From Geobacterales bacterium (lineage in GTDB: Bacteria > Desulfobacterota > Desulfuromonadia > Geobacterales > Pseudopelobacteraceae), in assembly GCA_038318485.1 (NCBI GenBank), contig JBBQCH010000001.1:3434-67433 (forward strand): 64,000 bases of DNA. The letters are read 5' to 3'. Made by a program: the position numbers and the translations under genes. This document shows positions 44,684 to 54,993 of the stretch, piece by piece. The notes under the pieces are model-generated. The model saw only the letters and a list, made by a program, of their open reading frames with translations, searched no databases and was not told where the DNA came from. Each line of letters begins with the position of its first letter. Within the stretch, counting starts at the first letter, position 1.

Positions 44684-45594
44684 GATCTTTTTATCAGGCA
44701 GCACAGCAGCCCTTTCCACGCGCTGACATGGAAAGGAACATTCAAAACCGATTTCAGGTAACAAACCGCCGCTAATCTAAAATTCTTTTGGCCTCTGGCG
44801 TAATAAGCCTTATTAGCCCAGGTATCAGCTAAAGCCAAACGTGGCACCCACCATGACATACTCGCCCTGATTTCAGTATCATTCAGCGCTTTGTCCATGA
44901 TCCTGTGGGCGCACTCATATCTACGCATGACATTTTTTGAAAGGTTTGCATGCCCGGTACGATATTTAACCAACGGCGCATCGACAAAATCGAATTTGCA
45001 ACGAACGGCAAGACGCACCCACAGGTCATAATCGATCCCCATCGGCAGGTTTTCATCGAAGGCACCGTGCTCCGTCAGCAGGCTCCGTCGAACTACGGAA
45101 GAGGAAAAGCAGATAAAGTTGTCGATGAAAATATGGTCCAAGATAAAACCTCGCCGAAGTATTCGCTCGTTGCCCGGCATTATGTCCCCTTGGCTATCCA
45201 TCCAGGTACGGCGGCAGTACACCACACCCACTTGCGGATCTTCGAACAGCAGCATCTGCCGCTCCAGTTTGTCGGGCAGCCAGATATCGTCGGCGTCCAG
45301 AAAGGCGACGAACTCGCCCCTACTTTTGGCAATGCCCCGGTTTTTAGTTTTCGGTTGTCCAGCATTGGCTTGCCGAATATAGCATACGCGAGGATTGGTC
45401 ATATAGCGTTCCATAACCTGCTGTGTATCGTCAGTGGACCCGTCGTCAACCACAATTACTTCGATATTTTTATACGTTTGCGTCAAAGCCGAACCCATGG
45501 CAAACGGTAGATAGCTTGCGTAGTTATAACTGGCTATTACCACCGAAATCAGCGGATTGCATGTTAGAGACAGCTTATTATCCGGCATGGACAT
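44680..45594 (-). CDS. family 2 glycosyltransferase
   Basis: Contains ISVVIASYNYASYL...VVDDGSTDDT...FLDADD. Confidence 0.85.
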   Translation of the reverse strand: MSMPDNKLSLTCNPLISVVIASYNYASYLPFAMGSALTQTYKNIEVIVVDDGSTDDTQQVMERYMTNPRVCYIRQANAGQPKTKNRGIAKSRGEFVAFLDADDIWLPDKLERQMLLFEDPQVGVVYCRRTWMDSQGDIMPGNERILRRGFILDHIFIDNFICFSSSVVRRSLLTEHGAFDENLPMGIDYDLWVRLAVRCKFDFVDAPLVKYRTGHANLSKNVMRRYECAHRIMDKALNDTEIRASMSWWVPRLALADTWANKAYYARGQKNFRLAAVCYLKSVLNVPFHVSAWKGLLCCLIKRS

Positions 45595-45610
45595 CAGAAC
45601 GAATTCCCCT

Positions 45611-46558
45611 CTAGCGTTTCATGAACTTCTTAAACACAATCAGCCACCTGACAACAACTTGCGGTAAATAGGCCAAGGACATTCTGACAGACCAACTTCC
45701 TCCGTATTTCATACCCGAATTAAAAGCCACGCGGGCCTCCATTAATCTGTTTTCACGCAGATAGTATTCACCCAGGTTGCAGTAACTCCTTCGCAGGATC
45801 TCCCTTAGAATCGCAGTAGTCTTGGCAGCACAATCAGGCCCGGAAGAAGAAGGGCATTGGGACAACTGCTTCTCAAACATCCTGATCTGGTGCAGGGCGT
45901 ACAGTTCCCGGTTGCCGGTTGTGTTGGTGCCGTGCAGATGCCTGACGCCCAGCACCTTGTCAAGTATGGCCACCTGATGATCACGGGCGATTCTCAACCA
46001 AAGGTCGCGATCCTCAGATATCCTCAGGCTTATATCAAAGGTGCCAACCTGTTCAAGAACAGTTTTTCTGACCAGCACCATTGGTGTGAAAATGAAGTTT
46101 TCCCTGAGCAGATTCTCGTAGATCAGTCCCGAGGCGATATACTCGTACCTGTTGTGACAAAAGCATGAATCAGCCACCACCTCCCTGTCCCGTGCCAGGC
46201 TCATATCAGCGGAAACAAAGGCCACCTCTTCGTACTCCAAAAGGTATGCCACTTGCTCCTGCAGTTTGGATGGCAGCCAGGTATCATCGGCGTCAAGAAA
46301 ACCAATCAGGTCGCCGGTCGCCATCTGGATCCCGACATTTCTGGCCACGGCAGGTCCGGAGTTGGTGCGGTAACAGTAAGAAATAATTTTCTGGTCAATA
46401 TACGGCTGCAGAACACTCCGGGTGTCATCAGTGGAACCGTCGTCAACCACTATGATTTCATAGTAACGGTAGCTCTGGGCAATGACACTTTCGATCGCCT
46501 CAGCGATGAAACTTTCCGCGTTGTAGGCTGGGATTATGACGGATACCAAAGGACTCAT
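45611..46558 (-). CDS. family 2 glycosyltransferase
   Basis: Contains VSVIIPAYNAESFI...VVDDGSTDDT...FLDADD. Confidence 0.85.
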   Translation of the reverse strand: MSPLVSVIIPAYNAESFIAEAIESVIAQSYRYYEIIVVDDGSTDDTRSVLQPYIDQKIISYCYRTNSGPAVARNVGIQMATGDLIGFLDADDTWLPSKLQEQVAYLLEYEEVAFVSADMSLARDREVVADSCFCHNRYEYIASGLIYENLLRENFIFTPMVLVRKTVLEQVGTFDISLRISEDRDLWLRIARDHQVAILDKVLGVRHLHGTNTTGNRELYALHQIRMFEKQLSQCPSSSGPDCAAKTTAILREILRRSYCNLGEYYLRENRLMEARVAFNSGMKYGGSWSVRMSLAYLPQVVVRWLIVFKKFMKR

Positions 46559-47104
46559 CGACAGGCATTGCCTTTAACAGTGCGGGAAAAAAGTTTAGCA
46601 GCCATGGCAGCTGGAAGCGTCTGCCAGTCCCCCATGATCAGACGCGACCAGAAACCGGGAAACCGGCGCACCATCACGTTCGTTTCTGTTATTATCAAAC
46701 AACCTCCTAAACCGGCTACTCGTATCAAAGTAAGTGTTTGAGTACATACCCTCGAGATTGAAATTGCGATATAAAATAAAACTTTATAATTAACTAGTAG
46801 TTACAATCGTCCAACCTACCGACTGATCTTCTGTGGTAGCATGATATCGCATGCATCAAAAAAAGGAATGCACTCTCCGGTCGCTTTTGATAAGCCGTTT
46901 TGCAGAGTATCAAGCATGTTCCAGGGTCAGGCTGATGAAAATAAATAACACTATTGTCGCGTATGAATATTTCTTTATCAATATCCACTGCTATATGACT
47001 AGAACAATCATCAATATCCAGCAGTTCGAGACTGCGATTATTGTTTCAAAACGTTCTCAATTACGGTCGTATATATTTTTATATTGTAAACCGGCATAAC
47101 CACA

Positions 47105-48040
47105 TTAACCAAATTGCTCATAAAATCTCTTTATTTTTCTGTACAGCAAGTGAGGCCAACTATTGATTAGCATGGATTTGATAATTATTGGATAAAGCGA
47201 GTAATCACTTGGCATAATCTTAATAGCTCGTTTTATATACACTCTTGCCTGTATAGGATCTCGGTAAAGATCACATGACGCTAGCCACCTAAAGAAATGA
47301 CAATAACGTCTGCGCTTCATTTCAGTTTTGCACATGTTTTCTTCGTAAGAAAAAATTATATCCGTAACTTGTAACGTATCTTTTATCATCCGGTCTCGTT
47401 TTTGTAGGTCGCGTGTCAGAGCATTTAATGGATCATTTTCGTAAATAGTTAATGCCTCAGCCATCAGTTCCGCTTTGTAACTGCGTGCTATACGATAAAA
47501 GAAATCCCAATCTTCTGCGTAAACAAGCTGTTCATTAAAACCGCCCCAAGTCAGAAAGCATTCTCTACGCAGCATTACGGTCGAGGTAACCATCGCGTTT
47601 CCTGCTAAAAAAAGATTTCGAACAAACTCGGTGTTACAGTACCCAAAGTTCGACAGTCTATCCCCCAAAGGGGACCTAAAGATTACATTACAGGCAACTA
47701 TACCAAGTTGGCTATCAGCCTCGAACTTAGCAATTTGGGTTAAAATTTTTTCAGGTAACCACTCATCATCAGAGTCAAGAAATGCAATAAAATTTCCAGA
47801 GCTCACTTTCATCCCCGAGTTTCTTGCTGCTGCGGGACCAGAATTCTTCTGACGAATGTAGAGCACCGTTTTATATTTTGAGACCACTTCATGAGTCGAA
47901 TCAGTAGAACCGTCGTCAACTACTATAATCTCAAGATTTTGGTATGTCTGATTCAGTACCGAATCAAGCGCTTTAGAAATGGTATGCATGCGATTGAAAC
48001 AGGGAATTACAACAGAGACTTTATTATTAGATACCATCAA
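47105..48040 (-). CDS. family 2 glycosyltransferase
   Basis: Contains VSVVIPCFNRMHTI...VVDDGSTDST...FLDSDD. The segment is low-GC. Confidence 0.85.
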   Translation of the reverse strand: MMVSNNKVSVVIPCFNRMHTISKALDSVLNQTYQNLEIIVVDDGSTDSTHEVVSKYKTVLYIRQKNSGPAAARNSGMKVSSGNFIAFLDSDDEWLPEKILTQIAKFEADSQLGIVACNVIFRSPLGDRLSNFGYCNTEFVRNLFLAGNAMVTSTVMLRRECFLTWGGFNEQLVYAEDWDFFYRIARSYKAELMAEALTIYENDPLNALTRDLQKRDRMIKDTLQVTDIIFSYEENMCKTEMKRRRYCHFFRWLASCDLYRDPIQARVYIKRAIKIMPSDYSLYPIIIKSMLINSWPHLLYRKIKRFYEQFG

Positions 48041-48054
48041 TGCAACCTGTATAT

Positions 48055-49041
48055 TTAATATTGGACATCTTTTAGAATCCAGCGAGAAACAATTTTGCTA
48101 CCAACAAGTTTAACTAATACAGGTGGAGTTCTATACCTACTACACCAAGCTCCACCTTTATTTAGTAAAGCATTCCAAATCCCGTCGAGATATGCTTCTG
48201 CTACTTCATGATCATTGGAACGAAGCAAGAAAATGTATTTTTTAAATGTGTATTCCAAAATATTTTTAAAAGCTATTATTTTATTGATACTTCTCAAATA
48301 TTTACTATTAAGAAACATCTTATTCCGAGTCATATAATAATAATAATGTGGTCTTCTTTGAAATTTAACTGTTTCAGGTAAAGGTACTTTATGATAAATC
48401 TTTGCTTCCGTGCAAAGAATGTTTAGAAAACCGGAACGTATCGATCTCAAGGAATATTCTGTGTCTTCCCAATAGGCGAAATAGTCATCTGCAAGATAAC
48501 CGATCTTCTCAATTAAAGACCTGCGAACAAGAAGAGCAGTTCCCCATAGGCACATATTGTCCAACTGCTCTTCCTGCCATTGCATTATTATCTCTATTTT
48601 TTTTGAATACACGAAAGTAAAGTCTTTCCAGTTAACATAACTGCCACAAAATTGAGCTCTTTCCTGATCCTCAAAATAGAGAACAACCGGACTCACCAGA
48701 CCGACCTGCGGATTGGCCTCAGCCCGAGCTACGCACTGCGATAGTGCTGCAGGATGCACTTCAGTATCATTGTTCAGTAACCACACATAATCTGCCCCAT
48801 GTTTAAGAGCCCACTCTATGGCCACGTTGTTTCCACCGGTGAAGCCGAGGTTAGTCTCTAACGAAAACATTTTTAATTGTGGATAATGTCGTGAAATAAC
48901 TTCACAGGAACTATCCCCAGAGTAATTATCGACAACAATTACTTCAAAATTGGGGTAGTCGAGCTGGTAAACCGATTCAAGGCATTCCAGAGTATCTCTA
49001 AGCCCCTTCCAGTTTAATATGATAATAAAAACTTTCGGCAT
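48055..49041 (-). CDS. family 2 glycosyltransferase (rhamnosyltransferase-like)
   Basis: The start was chosen at MPKVFIIILNWKGLRDTLECL. Also contains VVDNYSGDSS...LLNNDT. Confidence 0.75.
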   Translation of the reverse strand: MPKVFIIILNWKGLRDTLECLESVYQLDYPNFEVIVVDNYSGDSSCEVISRHYPQLKMFSLETNLGFTGGNNVAIEWALKHGADYVWLLNNDTEVHPAALSQCVARAEANPQVGLVSPVVLYFEDQERAQFCGSYVNWKDFTFVYSKKIEIIMQWQEEQLDNMCLWGTALLVRRSLIEKIGYLADDYFAYWEDTEYSLRSIRSGFLNILCTEAKIYHKVPLPETVKFQRRPHYYYYMTRNKMFLNSKYLRSINKIIAFKNILEYTFKKYIFLLRSNDHEVAEAYLDGIWNALLNKGGAWCSRYRTPPVLVKLVGSKIVSRWILKDVQY

Positions 49042-49224
49042 ACAACACCTAAATCCGTTAAAAGTATTACTTACAGAGCTTAAAAGACCACTCTTTACAA
49101 ATAAGTACAAAAACTTGGTAATTTATCCGTTACAGAGACATAAATTGACTAAGAATAAATATACAAACTATTTCTTACACACTACAGCATGAACGTTAGG
49201 TAAAAAAATAGACCTCAAAAATTA

Positions 49225-50121
49225 TTAGTCAAAGAATCTTTGAACTCTCCACGGTATAAGTCGTTGCACTATGGTCCGACACGGATACGGCAAACGATTT
49301 AGTATACTGCAAAGTGGATTGTGCCTCTGATAAAGTTCGCGAATTTCTAGTTCCTTTTTGCCAAGAACCGATGACATTTTCCATTCGCTAGCAAATACTT
49401 TCTTTTGTTTTTTAATTGCCATCAAAAAACCTTTTCGCATTTTACTTAAAGCACTACACATTCCATCTGGTCGCAAGCAATAATAAGCCATTTTTGCTGG
49501 GATGAACATTACAGATGGTATGAGAGAAAAAACCTGCATCCAGCAATCCCAATCCTCATGGTTTGGTAGACTTTCATCGAATTTGACCCCATGTTGTCTG
49601 AAAATCGTCGCATCAAACAGATAGCAATGGACCGGTATGCTCAATCTGGTTTCCCAATCAGACGCAATAGCAATAAGCGGATCTGCATGATTCATCTCCG
49701 GAGTCATGTGTCGTTCGGGAAAAAGGAGGCTGCTATCGTTAATATCGCAGTGATAATAGTCAGTGTAAGTAACCGACGGCGATGGCATGTGCGCCATCAT
49801 CTCAAGTTGAGTGCGAATTTTATCTGGATGAATCAGATCATCAGCATCCAAAAATTGGATATAATCTCCAGTAGCATGACGCAGCCCGGTATTGCGGGCT
49901 CCGGCGAGACCACGGTTCTCCTGAAAGATATACCTTATGATCTCGCCATACCGCAGCGACAGTAGTTCTCGTGTGTTGTCGGTAGAGCCGTCATCCACAA
50001 CAATGATTTCGCAAGTCTGATGGCTCTGGCGAAGACAGGAATCAACCGCATCACAGACCCACTGTTCCGAATTGAAGGACGGAATTATTATGCTAACCTT
50101 TACTGCCATCGCCGATGCCAA
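49225..50121 (-). CDS. family 2 glycosyltransferase
   Basis: Contains VSIIIPSFNSEQWV...VVDDGSTDNT...FLDADD. Confidence 0.85.
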   Translation of the reverse strand: MASAMAVKVSIIIPSFNSEQWVCDAVDSCLRQSHQTCEIIVVDDGSTDNTRELLSLRYGEIIRYIFQENRGLAGARNTGLRHATGDYIQFLDADDLIHPDKIRTQLEMMAHMPSPSVTYTDYYHCDINDSSLLFPERHMTPEMNHADPLIAIASDWETRLSIPVHCYLFDATIFRQHGVKFDESLPNHEDWDCWMQVFSLIPSVMFIPAKMAYYCLRPDGMCSALSKMRKGFLMAIKKQKKVFASEWKMSSVLGKKELEIRELYQRHNPLCSILNRLPYPCRTIVQRLIPWRVQRFFD

Positions 50122-50998
50122 TCTTTTTTAAAACTGTTAACAATATCCTCTTGCAAAACATTTTGTTAAACATACTATTATACACAGGAGAAACAGTTGA
50201 CACTGTTCTGGCTAAATCACGTGCAACTGAAAAACAATTGGTGATGCTGCTCCTTTTATATATTATTTCGTCATGGCACATAACAAAGCATTTAGACAAA
50301 TCTGAGTCTGAAAGATATCCGTGATAGTGTTTTAAGGTTTTATCGAGCAGATATATTTTTTGATATTTTGTCAATGTCAATGATTTTGGATGATTTCGAT
50401 ACAGGTACAAGGTTTGGTTGCAATGGCAGGTATTGAAAGCTTTTGCAGTTCTTATCCAATAGTCATAATCCTCAACCAAATAAAGTGCTGGATTGTACTC
50501 CCCAATAATATTGTACACACGTCGCGTGTACAAAAAACACGCCCCCATACCGTTGTTTTCTTTGAGTTCAAGTGGGCTTTGTAGACTTCTTGTGGAAGAC
50601 TCACCTGTAATTACATCAATTACTTTATAATCAGCATAAACTAGATCAGTTCCTGGATTCTCTGATAGGCATAGCAGCATTGTCTCGATAGCATTCGGAA
50701 AATATTCATTGTCATCTGAGGTCCAGGTAAGGTAGTTCCCTTTGGCGATCTTGAAGCCGGTGTTTAGTGCACCGGGAAGCCGCTTATTCTTTTCGTGGCA
50801 AATGTATCTAATTCTGTCGTCGGTAAAAGATTTAATGATATCAGGCGTAGAGTCCGTAGAACAGTCGTCTACAATGATTAGTTCAATATTTTTATACGTC
50901 TGATTAAGGCAGGACTCCATTGCGCCCTTAAGATATTGCTCGCCGTTGTAGACAGGCAGTACAATGCTTACTTTTCCGCCATCATTCATTTTTTGCAT
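50093..50998 (-). CDS. family 2 glycosyltransferase
   Basis: Contains VSIVLPVYNGEQYL...IVDDCSTDST...TSDDN. Confidence 0.85.
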   Translation of the reverse strand: MQKMNDGGKVSIVLPVYNGEQYLKGAMESCLNQTYKNIELIIVDDCSTDSTPDIIKSFTDDRIRYICHEKNKRLPGALNTGFKIAKGNYLTWTSDDNEYFPNAIETMLLCLSENPGTDLVYADYKVIDVITGESSTRSLQSPLELKENNGMGACFLYTRRVYNIIGEYNPALYLVEDYDYWIRTAKAFNTCHCNQTLYLYRNHPKSLTLTKYQKIYLLDKTLKHYHGYLSDSDLSKCFVMCHDEIIYKRSSITNCFSVARDLARTVSTVSPVYNSMFNKMFCKRILLTVLKKIGIGDGSKG

Positions 50999-52268
50999 AT
51001 TTCTCTCTCTTTATGCTCTTCACCCGGTCAATCAACAATTGAGCCCGCGCCTTCCAGGTATTTTCAGTTGATTCCTTAAGTAGTAAACCTTGATAGTCGG
51101 CTGTTTTGCAAAGTACAAGCGCTTCTTCTATTTTTGAAATAAACTCGTCGTCATTAGTTGCAAAAAGAATACTTTGATACTTGAGTGTTTCGCGCATCGG
51201 CGTACACACGATCGGCTTTCCACCGGCCATGTACTCGAATAATTTGACCGGACTGCAGCCATGGGTAATGGCATTAATCACAAATGGGATTGTTGCCACA
51301 TCGAAAGCAGCAAGATATTCAGTAAGCTGAAGATAGGGCTTAGGTCCGAGATAGTATATGTTCGGGTATTGAGCAAGCCGTTCTTGGGCGGCTTTGATAT
51401 TTCCGTCATATGGGTATCCAATCAAAACAAAAGACCATTCAGGTTTTTTCAATGCCATCCCTATCCAGATATCCCAGTCAAACCATTCCGCAAGCGCACC
51501 GTAATAGCCAACAACAACCGGAGCCTTTACAGCTTCGCGCATGTCTTCCGGTATGCCGGCTGTTTGAGTTGAAGTCCAGTCCTCAAGCCGCACACCATTT
51601 GGCAGAAGCAAAGTATCAGGTCGCTCTGGCAATAACTGCTGCATAAGGTCATCTGCCGAAGCGACCATGATGTCTGCCTCTTTCAGCCACTTGGCATGCC
51701 AGTTCTGCCACCTGGTGGTTTGACTATCTGCTACGAGTGAATGATCGTCTATCATCTCGTAAATGATGCAACTTTTGTTTGCAGCGCTTATGTAGCGAGC
51801 ATGATGCGGCCAGAACATAATAATGCCCTCTGGATTGATATCGGCAATCAGATCGGCAAGATCAGCATCAGGATAGCGAAGTAAATATAGATTCTCGTGC
51901 AGTTTTTTTACGCCGCGAAACCTGCGGCCCTTGAGTGTTTCCTCGGTAAGCCATGCAGGGTTGCAATGCCAAGGTTCACAAAATATGACGGGAGCGCCCA
52001 GATCCGCAAAGGCTCGCGCCATCTGGTGTGGCCGCTGAAAGCCACTTGAGAACCATGTCTGGCTCGGGACAAACAAGATCACCGGCTGAGAGGTCTTTTT
52101 ACGCAACTGTCTGATAGTCGCAACAATTTTATTGCGAGTGCGCCAACTAACGTATTCATATTGTTGAGGTAACTGCCAACGCCCCCAGCAGTGAAATATT
52201 ACGGCTGTCTTGATTGGTACACCTGTTATATCACTGAGTTTACCGTTGATTTTTGACAATATTTTCAT
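50982..52268 (-). CDS. GT1-fold glycosyltransferase (TuaH-like)
   Basis: The C-terminal VVGYYGALAEWFDWD...ATIPFVINAITHGCSPVKLFEYMAGGKPIV resembles the group-1 GT donor-binding half. The N-terminal start is uncertain. Confidence 0.55.
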   Translation of the reverse strand: MKILSKINGKLSDITGVPIKTAVIFHCWGRWQLPQQYEYVSWRTRNKIVATIRQLRKKTSQPVILFVPSQTWFSSGFQRPHQMARAFADLGAPVIFCEPWHCNPAWLTEETLKGRRFRGVKKLHENLYLLRYPDADLADLIADINPEGIIMFWPHHARYISAANKSCIIYEMIDDHSLVADSQTTRWQNWHAKWLKEADIMVASADDLMQQLLPERPDTLLLPNGVRLEDWTSTQTAGIPEDMREAVKAPVVVGYYGALAEWFDWDIWIGMALKKPEWSFVLIGYPYDGNIKAAQERLAQYPNIYYLGPKPYLQLTEYLAAFDVATIPFVINAITHGCSPVKLFEYMAGGKPIVCTPMRETLKYQSILFATNDDEFISKIEEALVLCKTADYQGLLLKESTENTWKARAQLLIDRVKSIKREKYAKNE

Positions 52269-52342
52269 ATATGGCCCAGAGGCGTAAGCCAACTTCTGAT
52301 ATTTAATTACTTTTAGTCATGCAATTATCAATTTAGAAAGTA

Positions 52343-53683
52343 TCATTTAACTTCATAATATTTTTTCAATTTACTTCTAATCTTGATCAGAAGCTGTAAA
52401 TCCCGTGACATTTTCCAAAATACATTTATTCCAAATCTTTTACCAAAAATACGCCATCTATTTTTACTTTGATTCTGAATGTACTTTTGAATTTTCCAAT
52501 CGATAGTTTTTAAAATATAGGTTTTTTTACCTATATTATCTTGTTGTATGCCCATTCGAATTTTAATTGAATGAAGTTTTCTTTCAACATGAAAAGCTTG
52601 GCTCTCAACAATTTTCACAGAAGGTATTTCATCAAATTTAACGTCACCAGAAACGTTGCCATTTTTCAATAATGTAGAAATTTCTTGATTTCTAACAACT
52701 ACAAGATTGGTTCCTCTAGGTTCATTAATATATTCATTAAGCCAAGCGTCCATATAGCAAGCATCAGCATTTTCTGCATAAACATCCTTACAGAAATTAC
52801 ATGCATTGCAGCGAAAGAAGCCATTGCTACCCAATAGGTATGGTGTGTCAAGGTATTCTATCCTCCGACCAGTCCGGCCTTTCTGATCCTTTGCTACAAA
52901 AATATAATTGCTTGGCGAACCAGTTGTTGATTTTGTGCGATAACAGACTGACGATGTCTTTTCAAGAGGAACACCGCTCTCCATGGCTAGAAACTCAGTG
53001 TAAAATCTATTTTGATACATACCGCATGCAAGCCCCAGGATATACCGGATAGTTTTTTGTAACTCAGGTGACAGCTCAATAGCATTGCGCAAAGCAGTGC
53101 AGAGGCATGGTACGCCTGTAACAGCCCACCGCAAACTACTTTTGGCCCTTATCTCTTGCAGAACGTCAGTTACCGAAACTTGATAATAAAAACTTCCTGA
53201 ACTTTGACGTATTTCATCAACCGACCTGCAAACTCTAAAAGCGAAAGTTCCATCATTTGTTCTGTTGTCCCACGAAACAGCTGCAACCCGATCAATTGAG
53301 CCACTTATTAGCAAATGTTCAAGGGTATATGTCAATAAGCCGCCTGAAGCGCTGCTTGCTCTGTGCTCGTGAGAATAACCAGAGTAAGTTTTATAAAACC
53401 ATCCAATATTTTCGTCAAAAGTGGCGCCAGAGCACTCTTGGAATGATGGATAAGATGTCCGAGGATCATGGATGCCACTAGAAAAAGGGCATGCTTTTAG
53501 ACAAATACCACATGGTGTAGAACAAGATTTACTTGCCCAACGTGAAGTGAGATCACCTTTGATGTTTAAGCCCATAGCAAGTAAACTATTCGGGCAACAG
53601 GTAGCACATACACCGCAACCTGAGCACAAATCCTTATCTACTACTTGCCTAATAACATTAAATGTTTTGTTTGAATTGGCCAT
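52343..53683 (-). CDS. FrhB/FdhB-like (coenzyme F420 hydrogenase beta-type) protein with N-terminal 2x[4Fe-4S] ferredoxin motifs
   Basis: Contains CSGCGVCATCCP and CGICLKACP clusters. Proteins of this family are commonly paired with polysaccharide pyruvyl transferases. Confidence 0.6.
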   Translation of the reverse strand: MANSNKTFNVIRQVVDKDLCSGCGVCATCCPNSLLAMGLNIKGDLTSRWASKSCSTPCGICLKACPFSSGIHDPRTSYPSFQECSGATFDENIGWFYKTYSGYSHEHRASSASGGLLTYTLEHLLISGSIDRVAAVSWDNRTNDGTFAFRVCRSVDEIRQSSGSFYYQVSVTDVLQEIRAKSSLRWAVTGVPCLCTALRNAIELSPELQKTIRYILGLACGMYQNRFYTEFLAMESGVPLEKTSSVCYRTKSTTGSPSNYIFVAKDQKGRTGRRIEYLDTPYLLGSNGFFRCNACNFCKDVYAENADACYMDAWLNEYINEPRGTNLVVVRNQEISTLLKNGNVSGDVKFDEIPSVKIVESQAFHVERKLHSIKIRMGIQQDNIGKKTYILKTIDWKIQKYIQNQSKNRWRIFGKRFGINVFWKMSRDLQLLIKIRSKLKKYYEVK

Positions 53684-53695
53684 AAGTATTATTTT

Positions 53696-54958
53696 TCAAT
53701 CATTTATTAAGGATTCTCTGTTTATCAGGTCAAATAGTAATTTACCAGCCTGCAAAGATTGTTGTTTGAATTCATCTTGACGCTTATGCAGAAGTGATTT
53801 TACCTCTGCACGTCTTTTCATTAAGTTATTTATTGTTTGGAATATCTGATCATGGTCCGAGGACACTGGCATGACCCATTCTTCATTGCCATAAACGTAT
53901 CGAGCCATCCCGAATGCTTTCTTGCTGTAACTCAAAAAAAGTGTTGGTACAGCACTAGATACTCCCGCGACAGCGCAGTGCATTCTTGCTGCTATAAGTG
54001 CATCACACTGTGCTATAAAACCTTTAGTTTTCTGGGCCCCAATTCCTGCCGGCAGAAGTGCAACCCTCCCAGCAAGATCCGCGGCAAGTTGATTGTGTAT
54101 CATCTCAAGATGCTTAAAATCATCATCTCCAGGCGACCATGGGCAAATAACGTGAGGGATTAGTAGAAGATTGACATTGAGATCAAGAGCAATTTTTTTC
54201 AATAATTGTGACTGTTCAGAAGCTACCAGATCGAATCCCAGGCCTACATGTTCATATTGTGCAGACAATGGACTGAGGTTAACTCCAATCGTAGGCCGTT
54301 CGCTCACCGTGAACATATTCCCTAAACATTCAACAGAAGAGATGGGCTCCATAAGAAATGCAGGGTCAGCGACTCTTAGTACGTTACCAACGACCTTTAA
54401 TTGTGCCAGATATTTTTCACTAATTTCTTCTCGTATAGTGATCAGCCTAAAGTTTCTTAGTATCTCTGTAAACGCCTGAGACGCATGAGGATTTTCATCG
54501 AATGGCCCAACAGAAGCCCCCCAAAGTATTACTGGTAGCCCATAACTCTGGATGTGTCTACAGTGGTCCACCTGCCAAAAAATCGTTGCGTCACCAGTGC
54601 GTTGATCGGGTGCTAGGGTAAGAATGTCACCGCCTATCGACATGATAACATCCCCTTGCTTAACCCAATCGTAACGAGGATCACTAGTTCTTTGTTGAGA
54701 AACTAATTTGTTCCAAATTCTTTCAAAGATTGATTTAGGTTTTTCTTGAATGAGAACTGGCAAAACTTCTACTTTAATGTCCTTCAGCGCTACGGCATCT
54801 TCAGCAACCCGATGCGACCTGTAAACAATCCGTGCATCAGGCCAATAGTGCCAGATGATTACTGCTGTTCCACGCACAATTGCCTCACAGCCGTAATTGT
54901 AGACACCAAAGATACCCTCAAGCACGAATGTTATTCTCTTATTTCCAATAATTCGCAT
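53696..54958 (-). CDS. polysaccharide pyruvyl transferase family protein
   Basis: Contains YNYGCEAIVRGT and LIAARMHCAVAGVSSAVPTLFLSYSKKAFGM, which are WcaK/CsaB-type motifs. AAGGA lies 7 nt upstream of the ATG at 54958. Confidence 0.7.
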   Translation of the reverse strand: MRIIGNKRITFVLEGIFGVYNYGCEAIVRGTAVIIWHYWPDARIVYRSHRVAEDAVALKDIKVEVLPVLIQEKPKSIFERIWNKLVSQQRTSDPRYDWVKQGDVIMSIGGDILTLAPDQRTGDATIFWQVDHCRHIQSYGLPVILWGASVGPFDENPHASQAFTEILRNFRLITIREEISEKYLAQLKVVGNVLRVADPAFLMEPISSVECLGNMFTVSERPTIGVNLSPLSAQYEHVGLGFDLVASEQSQLLKKIALDLNVNLLLIPHVICPWSPGDDDFKHLEMIHNQLAADLAGRVALLPAGIGAQKTKGFIAQCDALIAARMHCAVAGVSSAVPTLFLSYSKKAFGMARYVYGNEEWVMPVSSDHDQIFQTINNLMKRRAEVKSLLHKRQDEFKQQSLQAGKLLFDLINRESLIND

Positions 54959-54993
54959 TTGCGTATCCTTCATTTGTATTGAACTACAAGATG

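Noticed and set aside
46555-46674. 39-codon ORF translationally coupled (ATGA) to the GT2 gene at 46558
   Set aside because: It is too short and unsupported to annotate as a gene, so I reported it only within the junction finding.
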